Positions 26,901 to 41,100 of a DNA stretch of 64,000 bases are shown here, in pieces. The DNA comes from Octopus vulgaris (lineage: Eukaryota), in the NCBI GenBank assembly GCA_951406725.2, contig OX597822.1:90892001-90956000 (forward strand), in the 5' to 3' direction. The first letter of the stretch is position 1; each line of letters starts with the position of its first letter. Under the pieces are notes generated by a model. That model saw only the letters and a program-made list of their open reading frames with translations. It did not search any database and was not told the DNA's origin. The position numbers and the translations under genes are program-made.

Positions 26901-29900
26901 ATGGAATGTGTCATAGATTAGCTATTCAGCTATTCATGGACTTTTTTTTATCTAAGTAGCTTTTAAAAATTACTGTGTAAAGTTATACTTCTGTATTGTC
27001 TACACTTTAGTTCTTCTGAACATTCTTTTTCCAGATTTCTCTAGAATTAAAATAGTGTGTGTCTCTATTATATAACTACAGAATTATATAGATTAATATT
27101 TATTATATAGTGATAGTTTACCTAACTCTTTTTTTCAGCCAAGTTACTAAGAAAGATTAATAAGAAAGGGTGAATTTGCCAGGTGGTTAGATCGTTGGGT
27201 AAACTGCTTCGCAATATCGATCCGGCGCCAAGGGCTCAAATCCTGCCAAGGGTAATTTTAAACGGTGGTGCATCAGCATGGCCGCAGCTCTGAGCTGAAA
27301 CTGAAAAAAAAAAAAGTAACATCACTATGCTGAAGTAAACATTTGGTACTGCAAATTAAAATTTGGCATGCATTGGTTGAGAAAAGAAAATACCTGCAGT
27401 GTAATGATTAGGGTATTTGAATAAATGTTTTGATTTCCATTAGAAAGTAAATATTGTCTAAATTTTTAAAAGTCATCTATTGTATATATATGTATCCAAA
27501 GGCCACAAGCAATCACTAAGTTCAGCAGATATTAATGGTTCATTGAACTACAGTACACTGGTGACGATGCTCTGATAGCTCAAACTCCAGAAGCTCTACA
27601 GGCCACCATCTTAGTAGTTGTTATAGATTACAACTTATTGAAGAAAAGGCCTGATAGTTAAAGTCCAAAAAACTGAGGTCATCTGCCAATGGTACACTAC
27701 AACAACCTCTGTCCTCACCATTTGCAGTCTTACGGTAACAGTTAACAACAACTTCTCACTTCAGATATCTTGTCAGTGTAATTTTCAATGATTCCTCTCT
27801 GAATGGAGAGATTATAAACTCATCAGGTATACCTCTTGGTATTTGAAGGGCTCAGAAAGAAAAACTTTCTAAATAACCATCTTTGTATACTGGTAGAATG
27901 TGTCAAAATAAAACATTTTTTCTCTTGGCTTTCTTGAGAAAATTGTAATTTGTAAGTTTAATGTCGTTTAATTTTTCGAATTTTAACCAATCGATGGCCT
28001 CTATTGAGCTAAAATCATTTGTTGCGTCTAAAACTGAGACAACATCCTGTCACTGTTATGTTTACGTACAGAAAGTGTGTGTATAAAATTATAGAATTAT
28101 TTTGTTTGTTAACTGTTTAAATTATTTTCCATTGCTTTCGTTTTAGCCTTTCGTTTTTTTTTTTCTTGAGCAATGGAAAATAGTTTAAACAATACACGTG
28201 TATCTCAAAACAAAAACAAAATGAATAATTTTAGACACACGCGTAACAATTAAATTAATTTAACAATTAAGAAGAAAAAAACAAATGGCTAAAATTTAGG
28301 GTTAGTGTTAGGGTTAGGGTCAGTGACAGGATGTTGTCTCAGTTTTAGATGCAGCAAATGATTTTAGCTCAATAGAGGCCATCGATTGGTTAAAATTCAA
28401 AAAATTAAACTACGTTAAACTTACAAATTACAATTTTCTCAAGAAAGCCAAGAGAAAAAAATGTTTTATTTTGACACATTCTACCAGTATACGAAGTTTA
28501 AAAGTGTTTAGTTAGGCGCAGGAGTGGCTGTGTGGTAAGTAGCTTGCTAACCAACCACATGGTTCCGGGTTCAGTCCCACTGCGTGGCATCTTGGGCAAC
28601 TGTCTTCTGCTATAGCCCCGGGCCGACCAATGCCTTGTGAGTGGATTTGGTAGACGGAAACTGAAAGAAGCATGTCGTATATATGTATATATATAAATAA
28701 ATATATATGCATTTGTGTGTTTGTGTTTGTCCCCCTAGCATCGCTTGACAACCGATGCTGGTGTGTTTACGTCCCCGTCACTTAGTGGTTCGGCAAAAAA
28801 GAGACCGATAGAATAAGTACTGGGCTTACAAAGAATAAGTCCCGGGGTCGAGTTGCTCGATTAAAGGCGGTGCTCCAGCATGGCCGCAGTCAAATGACTG
28901 AAACAAGTAAAAGATAAAAGATAAAGAAGATAGTTAACTAGAAATTGTGTTGAAAACTGCCGTTCAAAAGGAAAAGATCCAAAACTTTTAGTGAAAAAAA
29001 GTTTGTCTTCAACTTTGCATTGTTATTAAACAATGCAAAGTAGAAGACAAATTTGAAGATGACTTATATTACTATCTTATTACTATTTTAACAGTGTTAT
29101 TTCTCAAATTCATATCTTTGCTTCAGACGCTTGCCAAAGTTATTGCTACAGTTGTCCAGTTTTCTGATGACCAAACAAACAACATTATGGCTCAAGAGGA
29201 TATACGAGCAACGGTAAATAATATACTATGTCTATTTTTAATACTATGGATATCACACTCAGTAGACATGTCTATAATATTAATATCATCACTGCTGTTG
29301 ATATCTTATTTTACAGCCATATTTGTTATTTTAACCATTTATCATATAACACCTACATCACATTATTGCTCTTTATATCACTCACTGTTTGTATTTCTCA
29401 TGTAATAGGGTGTTGTCTTACTGATCTCAGACTTAACAATTTGTATCCTGTAAAAAGGAGCCTGAGAAAAAAACCATGTAACTAACAATTAGAGGAAAAC
29501 TATAATCTTTAGATTCTACAAAGTTTACTTTGATAATATCACCATTTAAAAATTCTCAAGAAAACTGGAAAGAGAACTGCAGGGAACTTGAACCTGTTTG
29601 CTAAATACCCAACTGTATTCACTATCAAAAGTAACTTTGTATACAATACCTTCACACATAGTTTGAAATATTTTCATGTGCCATATATTTGCATCTTAAC
29701 TTTTCAGCATTGAACTGTATCAGAAGTCATTTCTAAAATGCATCTTTTGTTGCCTTTGTAGTAGTTATTGAGTTTACTACTCTGCCAGTCATTGTAATGT
29801 TGCATGTGATTGATGTCTAGAAGGTAAGAAGGTAGAAGAATGAAGTGAGGTATGGTTGGCATAGAAGTGTGTTTGTGCTTAGTTGAATATAAGAAAAAGA

Positions 29901-30561
29901 GTGTATAAGACTTAATTAAGCCATGGGTTCCATCAGAGCTGTTAGAATGTGACCTGGAAAAAATAAAATGTAACCACATTTTGTCTTTTTTTTAACCACT
30001 AATCATCTCCGAGTGAGCAGCTCTATATATTCCAACCATGACCACTCCATCTTTCTGTATATCAAGGTCTGCATTGTTCAGTGTGCCCTTTCTTAAGACA
30101 GTCTTGAACTTGAAAGGTATTTGACTGCTAGTTCTAGCAGATTAAGTAACTGCTTAGAGTTGTCTTGATTTGACTCATGGATGTCTAATAGAGGGTGTAC
30201 AAGAGCAAATCTTCTGTAGATCAGGCTCCAAAGAAACCTTACACATGTTAATGAAAGAGCTATTTGTTTATAATGTGTCAGTCACCTTTGAGTGAGGATG
30301 GTACACTGACTAAGCCAGAAAACTTGCCCTTCATGACAATGGGACACACTGTTACTTGTCTTCAGAGAATGATTGGTGTTTCTGGTGAGATCTGGAATCC
30401 AGTTTTAGAGTAATGGAGCAGATATCATCAGAATCAGTTAATTTGCTGGATCGGAATGAATGGAAAAATTTTCAAATTTGGTGATTAAGTGTATGTAATA
30501 CTGAGATACATGGGGTTGAGAATAAGAAGTTTAGAGAATTTTCGGTGTGCGTTTGAGAGAG

Positions 30562-30593
<32 letters not shown>

Positions 30594-33500
30594 CATTGTT
30601 TATAGATACAATTACATGTCTGTCACTCAGTATGGCACGTCTGTGTGACCCTACATGTTGAAACTAGTCTAAGTAAGAAATTTCTGGTTCTTTTAGATAA
30701 GTATTTCCCAAGAAACCATAGATAAAGGAAGATTTTTAAAAGATGCCCAATTAAGATACACAGCTACTGCTCTAATATGTGGAATATTATCACTTGTAGG
30801 CCTCACCAAGAGCCCACTCCCAGTTGTAACTGTTGAGACCTTGAACCTTACCCATTTGATCAGGTGTGTATGATAAACTTGGTCATCTTTGAAGCAGAAG
30901 TCATAGCAACACTTCAAGATTATGTAACTAGAAAGAAAACTTACATCAGTTTATGCAAAGGCAATTTCAATACACATTATGCAAACCACCAGTCTTCTTT
31001 TTGGTTCATAAACAAAAGAAAAACCTTTATGTTGGCTAACCACATATGAGGTTTGAAAACCAACTGCTCACTACATGCAATCAAGTGGAGAATTGGGGAG
31101 AAATTTATGTTATATGTAAATGGATCTAAAAAATGCAACTTATACATTGCTGAAAGATCTCATATTCTCTTTAGGTCTAAGAATTTTCCCACACTCATCA
31201 TCATCATTGTTCGACTGTGGTCGAAACAATGGAATTTACCATGCTACGCCAGACTTCACGATCCATCATGGCATTACGGAGATCCTATACCTGGATGCCT
31301 GTATCCCTGGAGATTATATCAAGGTAGGAAAGTGTGAGCCCTCTGGTATCGCGAGTAGATGGCTTCCAGAGGAGAAGAGTAGAAATTGCCTCGTTTTCAG
31401 CTCTATAACAATGTCCAGCAAACTGGACTCTCCTACCTTTCACAAGAGATGACACAGGTGGTAGTTTCCCATATATTTGCATTTTGGTTGGATGATGCTT
31501 CCATGAGAGATTTTGAGCTCTCATAATGAGGCGAGTGTAGGTTCCACCCAACCACCTCTCAAGCTTCTTTGATAATGTCCAGGTTTCCCACACTACTTAA
31601 TTCCAGATCTGAAATTTCCAGCAAATGCAAGCTGTGGGAAAATTTCTTTTGGTGAACTGCAGGACACCACCCTTTCTAGTTTGAGCAGCTGTCTCACAGA
31701 CTTTGGACTGTCCCTGTTGAATTATCTTCAGCAACTAGTTTAATTATGACGTCTATGACCTAAGGGGATGTAACTCTAATTTTTTTCTTTTCCTTTATTT
31801 TTCATTTTTATTCACCCTTTCTTTTTTCATTTCACATTTTGCATCAAACTTCTTTTACTTGTTTCTCATGTGTTTTTAATGTACCAGTGTCTTGATTTTT
31901 AAATAGAACAAACCATGTGCTCAGAGCCTGGAGATTGCTTGGAGACATAAGGCACATTATATAAATATGCCTAACCATGTGTTAATGTCAAGAAACTATT
32001 AGTAGTTCATATTTTAATACAGTGTGCATTAACTGATATTTACCTCTCACTGAATGGAGTACTTTTTTGTTGATCTTACCTTAATGTAATTGTAAACTAA
32101 TGTGTGTGTTTGTGTGTAAAGGTACGATCCAAGGGTCAAAGTGGAAGAAGTTAGTGAACTTCAAGCAATCCATAGAAGATATTAAAAACAACTTTCAGGA
32201 ACAATAGTTGTTTATTGGTGCTGAAGGTTCTGAATTTTTCGTGTATCAAAGTACGATAAGCTGAAAAAGGTTAATTTTATAGTTCACAGTTAGCAACAGA
32301 GGTCATTGAATATGCAAATAAACATTCAAAATTTAGGGAATGTAATGGATAAAATCCAGGCTACATATGTTTCATAGCCAGTGGAACCTCAAAAGTAGTA
32401 AATTATCCAAACAAGCTACACTTCAGGCCAAGGATACTTTGATTATAGGAAGTTCACATTGTCATTAGATCCCATGTAAACTTGTTGGGGATTCAATCGA
32501 AATGTGTAGGAAGTACAGTTTGAGAGGAAAGCATAGTTATGAAGAAGTAAAAATAAAAGCAAATCGAAATCAAATTCGATGACTGACATCTGTGCTAGGG
32601 GGGGGGGCGCAAAGAGCACCATCCGAGCATGATCGTTGACAGTGCGGCTAACTGGCTTCCATGCTGGAGGCAAGTAAAAGGCACCATTTGAGCATGATCA
32701 TTACCAGCATCGCCTTACTGGCACTTGTGCCCCATACTAGTGGAGTGCTAAGAGCACCATCCGAGCGTGATCATTGCCAGAGCGGCTAACTGGCTTCCAT
32801 GCCAGTGGTACATAAAAGGCACCATTCGAGCATAATCGTTACCAGCACTGTCTTACTGGCACTTGTGCCAGTGGCACGTGAAAAAACATTCGAGTGAGGT
32901 CGTTGCCAGTACCACCTGACTGGCCCCCATGCCGGTGGCACATAAAAGCACCCACTACACTCTCAGTAGTTGGCAGATCAAGATTGGAGCCTGGTGCAGC
33001 CATCTGGTTTGCCGATCCTTAGTCAAATCGTCCAACCCATGCTAGCATGAAAAGTGGACATTAATGATGATGATATATGGAAGTGGGTAAATTTGTAACT
33101 GAGAAGAATATGAGTAAAGAGGGGCAGGTGGGGGGAAAAAGGTTTGGGACTGAAAATGGCTGGGAAGATGCCTTTATGAAATTTAGGCAGGGGGTCATTT
33201 GCAGATCTGTTGTTAGATAGATAAGTAAACATATTGTAGCATTTTACAAAACCATTTAAACAGTCAAAGGATGAAAATATAGGAGTGGTATTTGAAGTGG
33301 ATAGGGTGGAAGGAGTGAAGGAGGGGTAAGTGGAAGATAATGTATTTTTGGTCAAAACAGTTGACTTAGTTTCACCAGTTAAATTGATAGTAAATTAATT
33401 TTAAAATCTAGGGATAGTAAGTGAAGTGAGAGATAGTAGTAGTAGCTTAAATCTGAGATTATGTGAGTGCTAATACACACTCACACGCATATGTGTTGTG

Positions 33501-33990
33501 CATCTGTAGAACCTAGTAGATGTGTGTGCATGCATGGGTATTTGTATATTATCATGTGCAGATGGAATGTGTGGAGATAGAAAAGTTATGAAAACTTAAA
33601 GTATGAAGGATAAGGAAAACAGCAGTGGGAAATATAAAAAAATATAAAATAATGACAAGTTTAGAAAATATAACAGTAGTTAAAAGTTGTTTGTTGTAAA
33701 GATATACATAGAAGGATATCAGTTGGGGACAGGGGAGATAGTTGAGGGATGATGCAAGGGGTGGGGTGGGGGATTGGTGTTATTTGTACTTAGAGAATGA
33801 ATTGCATAATTTGTGTCAACAAGGAGGTGCAGGAGTGGCTGTGTGGTAAGTAGCTTGCTAACCAACCACATGGTTCCGGGTTCAGTCCCACTGCGTGGTA
33901 TCTTGGGCAAGTGTCTTCTGCTATAGACCCGGGCCGACCAATGCCTTGTGAGTGGATTTGGTAGACGGAAACTGAAAGAAGCCTGTCGTA

Positions 33991-34047
<57 letters not shown>

Positions 34048-34420
34048 TTGTGTGTCTGTGTTTGTCCCCCTAGCATTGTTTGACAACCGATGCTGGTGTG
34101 TTTACGTCCCCGTCACTTAGCGATTCGGCAAAAGAGACCAATAGAATAAGTACTGGGCTTACAAAGAATAAGTCCCGGGGTCGATTTGCTCGACTAAAGG
34201 CGGTGCTCCAGCATGGCTGCAGTCAAATGACTGAAACAAGTAAAAGAGTAAAAGAGTAAGTAAAATTGAAAATATCAAGAAACTTCAAAATTATTCTGGA
34301 ATCCTTGTCCATACCAACAAGACTGACAACCTTTATAATGTTCCTCTAGATCAGTAGTTCCCAACCCTTTTATTTAAATTAGTTTTCTCACAGACCCCTT
34401 TTAATATGCTTATACTTATG

Positions 34421-34468
<48 letters not shown>

Positions 34469-35108
34469 TTTGAATTTAGTTCACGGACCCCCAGTACTAC
34501 CTTTGTGGACCACCAGGGGTTTCCAGGTTGGGAACCACTGCTCTTCATAAATACCATGAGCTGATACTCAAACAAGTGGATAAAGACTACCGTATTGTAT
34601 TGGTCTCTGCTCTTGAAGACATCAACATCAAGAATTATTATCTTGTTTTTAAACTTGGATTAGAAGATAGGATAGATCCTTCCTTACCTTGCCCACCCCA
34701 TATTAACTTAAAAGACAATAAAGAAAATTTTGCTGAGAACCCTTCCCTTCACCTCATCTGCTCTTCCAGTTCGGATATAGATAAGATCAGCAAAATTATA
34801 TTAGGCAGGGTTATACTCCCAATGTATGCTACATCCACACTATATCTATGAACTAAAACTACAGAGGCCATCCAGTAGCTTAATTCCCTAAGCCCTAACA
34901 TACATTTAATTCTATCCAGGTTGACATAGACTAATATTACTCTAGCACATCCCCTATCCTTCTCAACAAAGCCCTCATTTTTGCCATGAGCTACTCTAAC
35001 CTTTCTCATGATGATATTGATATCATTTTGGCCATCGGAATATAAAATTTGCTGGGAAATTTTTGGCCTGTAAAGACACCAACAATTTTTTTGACATCCC
35101 CATGGGGG

Positions 35109-35145
<37 letters not shown>

Positions 35146-38100
35146 ACACACACGCACACACACTTGCACTGAATCTTTGATCAGAGAGATGGGAAACATC
35201 CTCCAGAAGGCTATACCCATCTTGTTTCTTTCAACAGAACAAATATGAAAACTATCACACACCACCCTCAACACAAACAGTACACAACTACAATCCTCAA
35301 CATAGCCAAAACTCTATCACAAAAGTCAGAAAATATTTCAACTCCTAAGAACTAGTAACTTTAGATAGGTCAGATGGAGCATGCAATGCAATACTGCTCC
35401 CATATTTGGGATGGTGCTGCTGACACATACACAAACGCCTCATTTTACATCCACTGAAAGGCCACTTAACAAATTGGCATGAAGTACATTCCCACTTCTG
35501 GCCCACAGATGTCTTATCTCCTCTGTCTCTGCCTTTTCTAACTCCACTACTATAACTTCTGCTCATGAGATCTGGCTGGTCTCATAACATCTATACTCAG
35601 GCATTCTGGCTTTTCTGTCTCGCCTTCTTTCTACCTATATGCTATATACGCCTCAGCTGCTTTACTAACCACTATACCTAGACCTTTCACTTTGAACATT
35701 GGAATTTCCTTGCCGACATGTCTTTCCAAAAGCCATTGACTTGTAAACTATTCAGGAGGAATGTTAACAGTATTGATCTCATTAATCTCAGAACAGCTTG
35801 TGAAGACCACAGACCCAACTCCTTCCTCCGGAGCCAACCAATGAAAAAATAACTAAAAACAGTATAAAGGATTTATTAGATTAAACATAAATTTTAATTT
35901 TCATAAAAATATACTCTGTGTGAAAAGTCTGGCTGCATCTGAAAAAATATATATTATGAAACAAAAATAAACAGAAAATTTATTACACAAATCTGTTACC
36001 ACCACGACAGTCAACTATTTGACGCCGAACACAAGTTTGATGTTGAATACATCCACAAATTTTCCACTCAGATAGCTCTTCTCAAGACTGCAAGACGGCT
36101 TTGTGCAATTCATGTTTATCTCTCTCATTAATTTGTCCACCTTGCCTGCGAGCCATCTAAAGTTAATAATGATTCTGCTAATTCCACGTGTAAACATGTG
36201 TTGAATAGAACTCACTGAATAAATCTTAATTAACTGTGTTGTCAATTGTATGCACCTGACATATGATAACGGGTATTCAGCCAGACTTTTTACACATATT
36301 AGAAATTAATCCATGTAGTAACTTAATTTGCTTCATAAACTCTAAAATATATTATCATTGTTGCAGAATCCCTCACAGTAACATATGCTTGCTAGTTGAT
36401 GTTTGATTGGTTTTACATGATGGCTACATTCTGATTGTTATATGCAGTTCGAATCCAAACTAAGACACCGATTTAACGGTAAATCTATTATTGAGGTGTA
36501 ACACAAGAATAGTAGCTGCAGTATAATAAGTCAAAATGAAATCATGATGCAAGCTAATGGTACAAGTAGTTATGCAGTGATCCACTACTTAAAGTGGAGA
36601 GCTGAATCTTAGTAGTACAGTTAGGTAGGCTGAGCAAAATGGTTCAGACATGAACACAATACGATATAAATGAGAAAAAAAAGGCATTGGAGGGGCAATG
36701 CATACCCTGCACACACACAAAGATAAAATGAAATTTAATTTAATAGATATATTCTCAGACAAATTCATATTTCAAAATGACATCAATAGTTATTTGCCCT
36801 GCTTCTTGTTTATGCATATGTAAACAAAGAAAAGAAAAACGTTTTGATTCACCCATCTGCCAGTTTTGAGAGTTCGAGCCATTCACCCAATGAGTATTTC
36901 TGCCAAATTTGGTGAAAATCTGCTCAGATGTTTTCCAGTAATTTTGAAAACACAAACAAAGATAGACAACTGCAATACCCCACTTTTGCTTACATGCACA
37001 GGGTGATAAAACCTGAATCGATAGTATTTTGGAAGTAGACTCCCTAAAGATTTTGTTAGTTGATTTTCTTTGACTTACAATAATATGAGCTATAAAGTAG
37101 TTTTACTAGAAGTACTTGGTAGATTTCATTGATTACAACTATCTGTAATGTTTCATTAACCTTTTAGTATTCAGATTATTTGGTCAAATCTAATGCTTAT
37201 TTACTCACATTGATTTGAATTAATCATATATTATCTCATACCGTTGAGATTTCAAAGATGTAATTGTTTATCTTTAGAATAACATTGTAAGGTAGGTATG
37301 AAATGTTGGATCTGGCCAGTTTGAACATAAGTGAGGCAAATATTTTGTCCGGATCTGGTCGGTGTGAATGCTAAAGGGTTAAAGGATTTACTTAATTATA
37401 TGACAATACATCATCTTCTATAGCAGCATAAGCATTTAAAATCTGGTTTTCCATGCTGGCATGGGCTGGACAGTTTTTCTGAGGCAGATGCCCTTCAGTT
37501 GCCACATCGTTTACTTGTCCCATATGACATAAAAAGATGTGACATACTTATCCTAAAGCAGGTTTATAAACAGAGAAAGTGGAATAGAAGAAGCACATAT
37601 ATTCAGGACTGGAAAATATGCCAACCTGAAGGAAGCCAACTTTTGGGTCAAGATTGGAGTCAGAGGTTTTGTGGGCAAATCTGCTTACAAATCTAATGAA
37701 AAAACTCCTCAGTGCAGAAGGGCACCATGAATGTGACTTGGCCTCCTTAGAGTGTAAGATGTAAGGGCTGAAACACTTGCCTAAAGGGGTTTCTTCTCTG
37801 AAGACCCTCGTCTGTTCAGCTCTCTTGAGACTTTATTAGCACTGACTATTTCCGTTTTGCTATGTTAAGTGGTATTTTAGGAAAGTTATATTTTATAGCC
37901 AAAATATAAAAAAAAATTAACATTGTTCTCAAGTGAAAAACAAATCCAACCTTCCTGTATCAAATAGTATATCTCTATATTAGCCAATGAGAGCCAAGAA
38001 TTTAGAACATTAAATAATCCCATTTGTATCTACTCTATTCTTGACAATTGACATACCTATGTTTTATCTTATATTCCAATATTTCAGGAACCACTCAAAG

Positions 38101-41100
38101 AAATTATGTTATTGAATTGCATTAATACTGCAATGAAATAATAGAATTTTAGAATGTCCCACACTTCACAATAACCAGAAAATAGGAAATTAAATATTAT
38201 GTGTAAATAGATGGTATTTGTGGTAGACAATCCTCCTCCTTTCCTGAGGAAGATATCACTTTCACAAACAGTTGACCAACTGTAAATTACATTACACTAC
38301 TTAGGGAAAAGAAGGAAACACTAAAAAAATATAGGTTTAGATACATTTTGCCTGTAAAAACATAGGATAGTCATGACTAGAATGCTTTTGATCATAAGTC
38401 TGTCCTAGCAAGGCTGACCTAGACTAAAGAACAAGAAATCTTTACTGAGCAACTAAATAGAGTTATCAAGAGTAAGATAGTTTTTGAGTCATTGATAGGT
38501 CTTGTTTTAAAACCACTGGTTTTTACTACATGGCTCAGTGGTTAGAGCGTCGAGCTTACGATCGTGAGGTTGTGAGCTCGAATCCCGGACCGGGCTGCAT
38601 GTTGTGTTCTTGAGCAAGACACTTTATTTCACGTTGCTCCAGTTCACTCAGCTGTAGAAATGAGTTGCGACGTCACTGGTGCCAAGCTGTATCGACCTTT
38701 GTCTTTCCCTTGGATAACACTGGTGGTGTGGAGAGGGGAGGCTGGTATGCATGGGCGACTGCTGGTCTTCCATAAACAACCTTGCCCGGACTTGTGTCTA
38801 GAAGGGTAACTTTCTAGGTGCAATCCCATGGTCATTCATGACCGAAGGGGGTCTTTACCCTTTATATAGCAAGTAAATATCTTTGAACAAATTCTTATCT
38901 TCCTTTAGATCTTCTAACTGTATATCAACTGATATAAAGCTATTCAACAGCAAAAGATTTGTAAGATTGTTAATTTAGTAAACCACAAAGATTTTGCAGA
39001 AAATGTACCCTCTTCAAATCCATTTTGCTTGCCCTCATTATTGTTAACGTTTTGTTTGGACAATATGATCAGATTGTCGTATTACATATTTCATGAAGTG
39101 AAGAACAGAATCTGAGACCATACAAATAGCATATCTATTGATTTGGATCCAGCCTCAGGAGGTGCAGGGCCCAATTGGGAACAATTTCGGTGGGCTCCAA
39201 GTTCCCAGTCAACTTGCACTAAGGTCTGTAGAATCATAAAAATATAAAAATCCAGCTGTTGGAACTATGCTACTGTGCAGTGCTACATAAAAAGCACTCA
39301 GTCCACACTGTAAAGTGGTGGTGTTGGGAAGGACATCCAGCCATTAAAGCCTTATTGGTATTTCTTATTAATTACACCTCTACCTTTGTTCATTACTTGC
39401 TACATCCACTTCTGTTGCCAACTCTCTCTGTCACTCTCTCCTTATACTCTAATGAAGCTACCCACCCCTTCTTCCCACTTCTCCTTCCTACTCTTGATCC
39501 TTTGTCCATATCCTGTCTTATACTCACCTTCTTATGCTTTGAAGGTTTATTCTATCACTCCATTATTACCATCTTATCATTTTCCCAGCTACTTCCACTC
39601 TCCTTTATACAATGTGATGTAGTCATGTATCTTCTCTATAGCAAGGCACCTGCATTTGTCCCTCTATCATACTTTAGCCTCTCCACACCTGGCTTAAAAC
39701 CACCTTCCCATCTCAAATACTACTCACACTTAGTTGAAGAGAATTTTTCCCTTTTCCTGTTTGCAAGTTACTTACTGACCTCACTAGGTGACATGAGAAA
39801 AGACCCCAGTACATATTGTAAAGTGGTTGGGGCTAGGAAGGGTATTCAGTTGTAGAAACCTTGTCAAAGCTGGACACAGTCCTGCAGCTTGCAGGATCTT
39901 GTCAAACTGTGCAACCCATGTCATTGTATCAAACAGATGTTAAAGGATGACAATGTTAATGATGATGATGATGATGATCTCATACACACAGACGTGTGTG
40001 TTTATGTATGTATTCTGTGGCATTGTAGACACTGTATTGTGGAAGATGCATCCTGATTTTGGAAATGTAATTCTAAGAAGACATTTCTTATACTTATCAA
40101 AACCCCAAATACAATCGGGCAGTATCTGGCAAGCAATATGCAAAATGTCTGTTATCAGACAAATTTGGCTGGCAAACATGTGGAGTTCTCATGCCTGCTG
40201 TCATTGAGCAAAATCACCGAACAATGGCCTCCTACCTGGTAGTCATTGCCTTGTGATTTTGACGAGTGTTATTGTAGTACACAATGTTATGCTCTTTGCT
40301 TTAACTCTTCTATGATTATTCATAAAACATATACTGATGATTGTACCACATGCACCACTGCTGACTATCTATCAGCTACTGGAGCCCAACTATGGCTGGT
40401 GCCAGCCATTGTGTTAAGTTCAGAAAACCACAGTAGCAATGTTTCAGCAAGCATCATGGAAGATGCATGGTAATTTTCAAGGTATTTCTTTATTTTTTTT
40501 TTTACATAAAAAGGGCATTTTCCATGCCACAAAATAAGGTACCATCATCATCATTATCATCACTTACTGTTTTCCATGGTAGATTGGACGGCCTGACAGG
40601 AGTTGGCAAGCCGGTGGACTGTACCAAGCTCCACAGGCTGTTTTGGCATGTGTGTGTGTGTGTGTGTGTGTATATATTTATGGTGTCAACCTGTTGGCTT
40701 GACACCATCAAGAGTGATACCGAAATGGACATAGCCAATCTGAAAGAAGCGGCCCAGGATAGAACTGACTGGAGGACACTGATCCATCGAGTAACCGAGA
40801 GTCGACTTCGACTGAGCGGATAGATAGATAGATATATATTTATATATACACACAGACAGACAGACCTGTGTATGTGTACTTTAACATGACTCACGTTTTT
40901 AAAAATTTCTCCTGTCCATTTTGACACTGCTCAATCTTCCTTTTGCATACTGTTTTATCTTTTGAAGAGGCTACTTCAGTCTTTCCTCTTCTACAGCAAT
41001 AAGAATAGCTAGTCCTATGTCATGTGTCTCATGATGATATTGGATTTTGAAGTCCCAAAGTAACTTCATTTCATTTGACTTTACTGCTGGGTTAGGTTGG

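Noticed and set aside
27139-27169. Possible extra exon (tttttcag...gtgaat) between the GRIP exons
   Set aside because: Stop codon in the phase-0 frame, and the flanking GRIP exons already join contiguously.
29214-29405. In-frame intron read-through giving a hydrophobic, transmembrane-like tail after GRIP
   Set aside because: Expected from T-rich intron sequence; a canonical donor exists at 29214 and similar read-throughs follow other exons.
36680-37010. Helentron/HINE-like repeat (also ~51560-51845)
   Set aside because: Suggestive ccaaatttggtgaaaatc and GACA-type motifs only; termini could not be defined by eye.
38527-38600. Possible tRNA gene
   Set aside because: A and B boxes are present but there is no clean acceptor stem, and it continues into a SINE body; the same applies to 27175-27315 and the SINE heads.
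39259-39855. 198-aa hydrophobic ORF
   Set aside because: CT-rich low-complexity sequence bounded by decayed SINE pieces; no recognisable domain.
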